From a virus (taxonomy: Duplodnaviria; Caudoviricetes), in the IMG/VR virus record IMGVR_UViG_3300030708_000512, positions 1-25,668 of that record: a DNA stretch of 25,668 nt. One strand, 5' to 3'. Shown in pieces: positions 24,236 to 25,668 of the stretch. Position 1 is the first letter of the stretch. The number at the start of each line of letters is the position of its first letter. Both the position numbers and the translations under genes were made by a program. The notes beneath the pieces are model-generated. The model ran no database searches. It saw nothing but the letters and a program-made list of their open reading frames with translations, and had not been told where the DNA came from.

Positions 24236-24808
24236 TTAAAATTTTGAAAGACGGACAACGTCTTCTGTAAGAAAGGAGTTGGCAACCTCGGAAGTGGGCT
24301 GCTTTGCCTCATTGACGCTTTCGTTAGTAATAACGAGAGCTTGTTCTGATGACTTGAAAGGCTTTTTGGCAGTTTCAGATAGAGAATCTACAGTTTCATT
24401 TAGATTCGTTACTGATTCTTCCAAAGTGTTGTTTTCAGTCATAAGCCTAGATATTTTATCATTCAAACTATCTACAGTTTCTTGTAGCTCTACATTTTCT
24501 TCTTTGTATTGGTTAGCTACTGAATCTTCGTCTGCAGTTGCAATATCTTCAGCGATGATGCTCTTAAGAGACTCATAAACTTTTACCGCACGGAAAGTTT
24601 CGTCAGTCTTTTCTAGTTCCTTAACGGCTTGTTCTTTCATCTCGTTAAGTTTCATGCGAAGGAAACCACCAACTTTCGCTTCTAGGTTTTTAACCTCTTC
24701 AGCTACTCGTTCTTGAACGGTCTCTTCAACAAGTGTGGAAATATCTTCAATTCCTGATTCTGAAAGTCCCTCAGGAAGAAGTTTTGCTAGTTTATCGAAA
24801 TTGGTCAT
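24236..24808 (-). CDS. prohead core scaffold protein, T4 gp22-like
   Basis: acidic coiled-coil protein between protease and capsid genes, with many [LIV]-x-E sites. Confidence 0.7.
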   Translation of the reverse strand: MTNFDKLAKLLPEGLSESGIEDISTLVEETVQERVAEEVKNLEAKVGGFLRMKLNEMKEQAVKELEKTDETFRAVKVYESLKSIIAEDIATADEDSVANQYKEENVELQETVDSLNDKISRLMTENNTLEESVTNLNETVDSLSETAKKPFKSSEQALVITNESVNEAKQPTSEVANSFLTEDVVRLSKF

Positions 24809-24863
24809 AATTGGTACCTATCTTCTGTATCTACTGCACTTTAAGCAAAAGATTAGAAATTTT

Positions 24864-25481
24864 TTATTTTTTGTTTAATTCTTTTTTAAGAGCATGTATA
24901 TACATCCTCTCTGCACGAATTTGGTCGACATCATCAGACACTTGTTTAGTTGTTTCTGAGATTGTTTGGCTCTCTCCTAGAAGTCCAGGAAATGCTCCTT
25001 GGCAGGATGGTTCTGACACCATATCCCATGTAATCATACGTAGGTTGTCATTTACATTATAAACTTCTTTATCAGAATCATAAGTAAGACCTCCTACAGC
25101 TCTTGATGAAATTCCAATTTTAACACCAGCTTTTAAAAGTTCTTGAAGAACTCTACCTGAAGGAGTATTTAGAATTTCGGCTTCTCCAATAACTTTATTA
25201 CCTTCCATGGAAAGTCCAGTAATAATATGAGATGCATTTGATAAGTGAACAACTTCATTCGAGGGGTGGTCTAATTCACCAACTAATCTACGCTCATTCA
25301 TAGGTTCTTGTAATTTTTTAATTTCTCTTTCTAGTAAAGGTTGAGAATAAACTCTCTTGTTTCCATTTGCTTTATGAGCTTCTTGGAACAATCCTCTTAC
25401 TTTCATAGGACCTGTAGAAGTAGACTCGGAAAGTATTTGAAGTTCTCCGAATGAGTAAGTATCGCGTAGTAGTTGAGACAT
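24864..25481 (-). CDS. prohead core protease, T4 gp21-like
   Basis: 'NGNKRVY', 'GELDHP', 'SHII', 'TPSG', 'GISSRAVG', 'WDMVSEPS'. Confidence 0.93.
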   Translation of the reverse strand: MSQLLRDTYSFGELQILSESTSTGPMKVRGLFQEAHKANGNKRVYSQPLLEREIKKLQEPMNERRLVGELDHPSNEVVHLSNASHIITGLSMEGNKVIGEAEILNTPSGRVLQELLKAGVKIGISSRAVGGLTYDSDKEVYNVNDNLRMITWDMVSEPSCQGAFPGLLGESQTISETTKQVSDDVDQIRAERMYIHALKKELNKK

Positions 25482-25483
25482 AG

Positions 25484-25668
25484 TTATTTCTTAAATGCGT
25501 TCATGATGAACTTGTCTAAAGTTTTTTTCTTTTTATCTTTTTTCTTTTTCTTATCTTTATAAGGCTTTTCAGGGTCAAATTGTTTTCCTGCAAAATTAAC
25601 TCCCAAAGAACCTACGGCTGTAATCTCCTGCAATGCAACATCAACCATCTCGTTACAGTTCCACTTAC
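25484..25668 (-). CDS. 3' end of a hypothetical protein (partial), possibly prohead core-associated
   Basis: open frame from the window edge ...LQEITAVGSLGVNFAGKQFDPEKPYKDKKKKKDKKKKTLDKFIMNAFKK*; stops 2 nt before the gp21 ATG. Confidence 0.6.
   Translation of the reverse strand, partial: KWNCNEMVDVALQEITAVGSLGVNFAGKQFDPEKPYKDKKKKKDKKKKTLDKFIMNAFKK

Noticed and set aside
1995-25062. Many short plus-strand ORFs in the track (e.g. 1995-2240, 6851-7351, 9039-9548, 11724-13060, 17754-18213, 20009-21807, 24279-25062) and minus ORF 23533-23775
   Set aside because: They lie antisense or out of frame within well-supported genes, have no motifs, and look like shadow frames. 20009-20191 is displaced by the 59-aa minus ORF, which has an SD and promoter.
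25520-25562. T-rich quasi-repeat
   Set aside because: Explained by Lys codons in the partial ORF's basic tail.
1-25668. Alternative genetic code
   Set aside because: Standard code gives dense full-length genes, and TAA, TAG (groES) and TGA (helicase) all act as stops.
1-25668. tRNA, CRISPR array, IS element or homing endonuclease
   Set aside because: Intergenic spaces are under about 80 bp once the small ORFs are added; no repeat array, cloverleaf, or HNH/GIY-YIG/LAGLIDADG motif was seen.

Overview
AT-rich fragment of a large, probably uncultured myovirus with T4-like virion genes. Nearly all genes are on the minus strand. The right half (about 14.7-25.7 kb) is a virion module: prohead protease gp21, scaffold gp22, major capsid gp23, neck gp13/gp14, gp15-like tail terminator, sheath gp18, tube gp19, an 820-aa orphan, and two small ORFs missed by the ORF track. 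The left half is a replication and nucleotide module: two GT-B glycosyltransferases, gp32-like SSB, UvsY-like protein, HEXXH protein, DnaB/gp41 helicase, dUTPase, zinc-ribbon protein, class II-type ribonucleotide reductase, GroES, and gp46/gp47 (SbcCD). The most striking feature is a family A (SPO1-type) DNA polymerase, where T4 has a family B enzyme. It is split into two ORFs inside its 3'-5' exonuclease domain and carries a degenerate UDG-like N-terminal domain. The only two plus-strand genes (gp55-like sigma factor and Hjc-like resolvase) start from 12-18 bp divergent spacers with symmetric -10 boxes that imply leaderless mRNAs. All calls are from motif recognition by eye; no searches were run.
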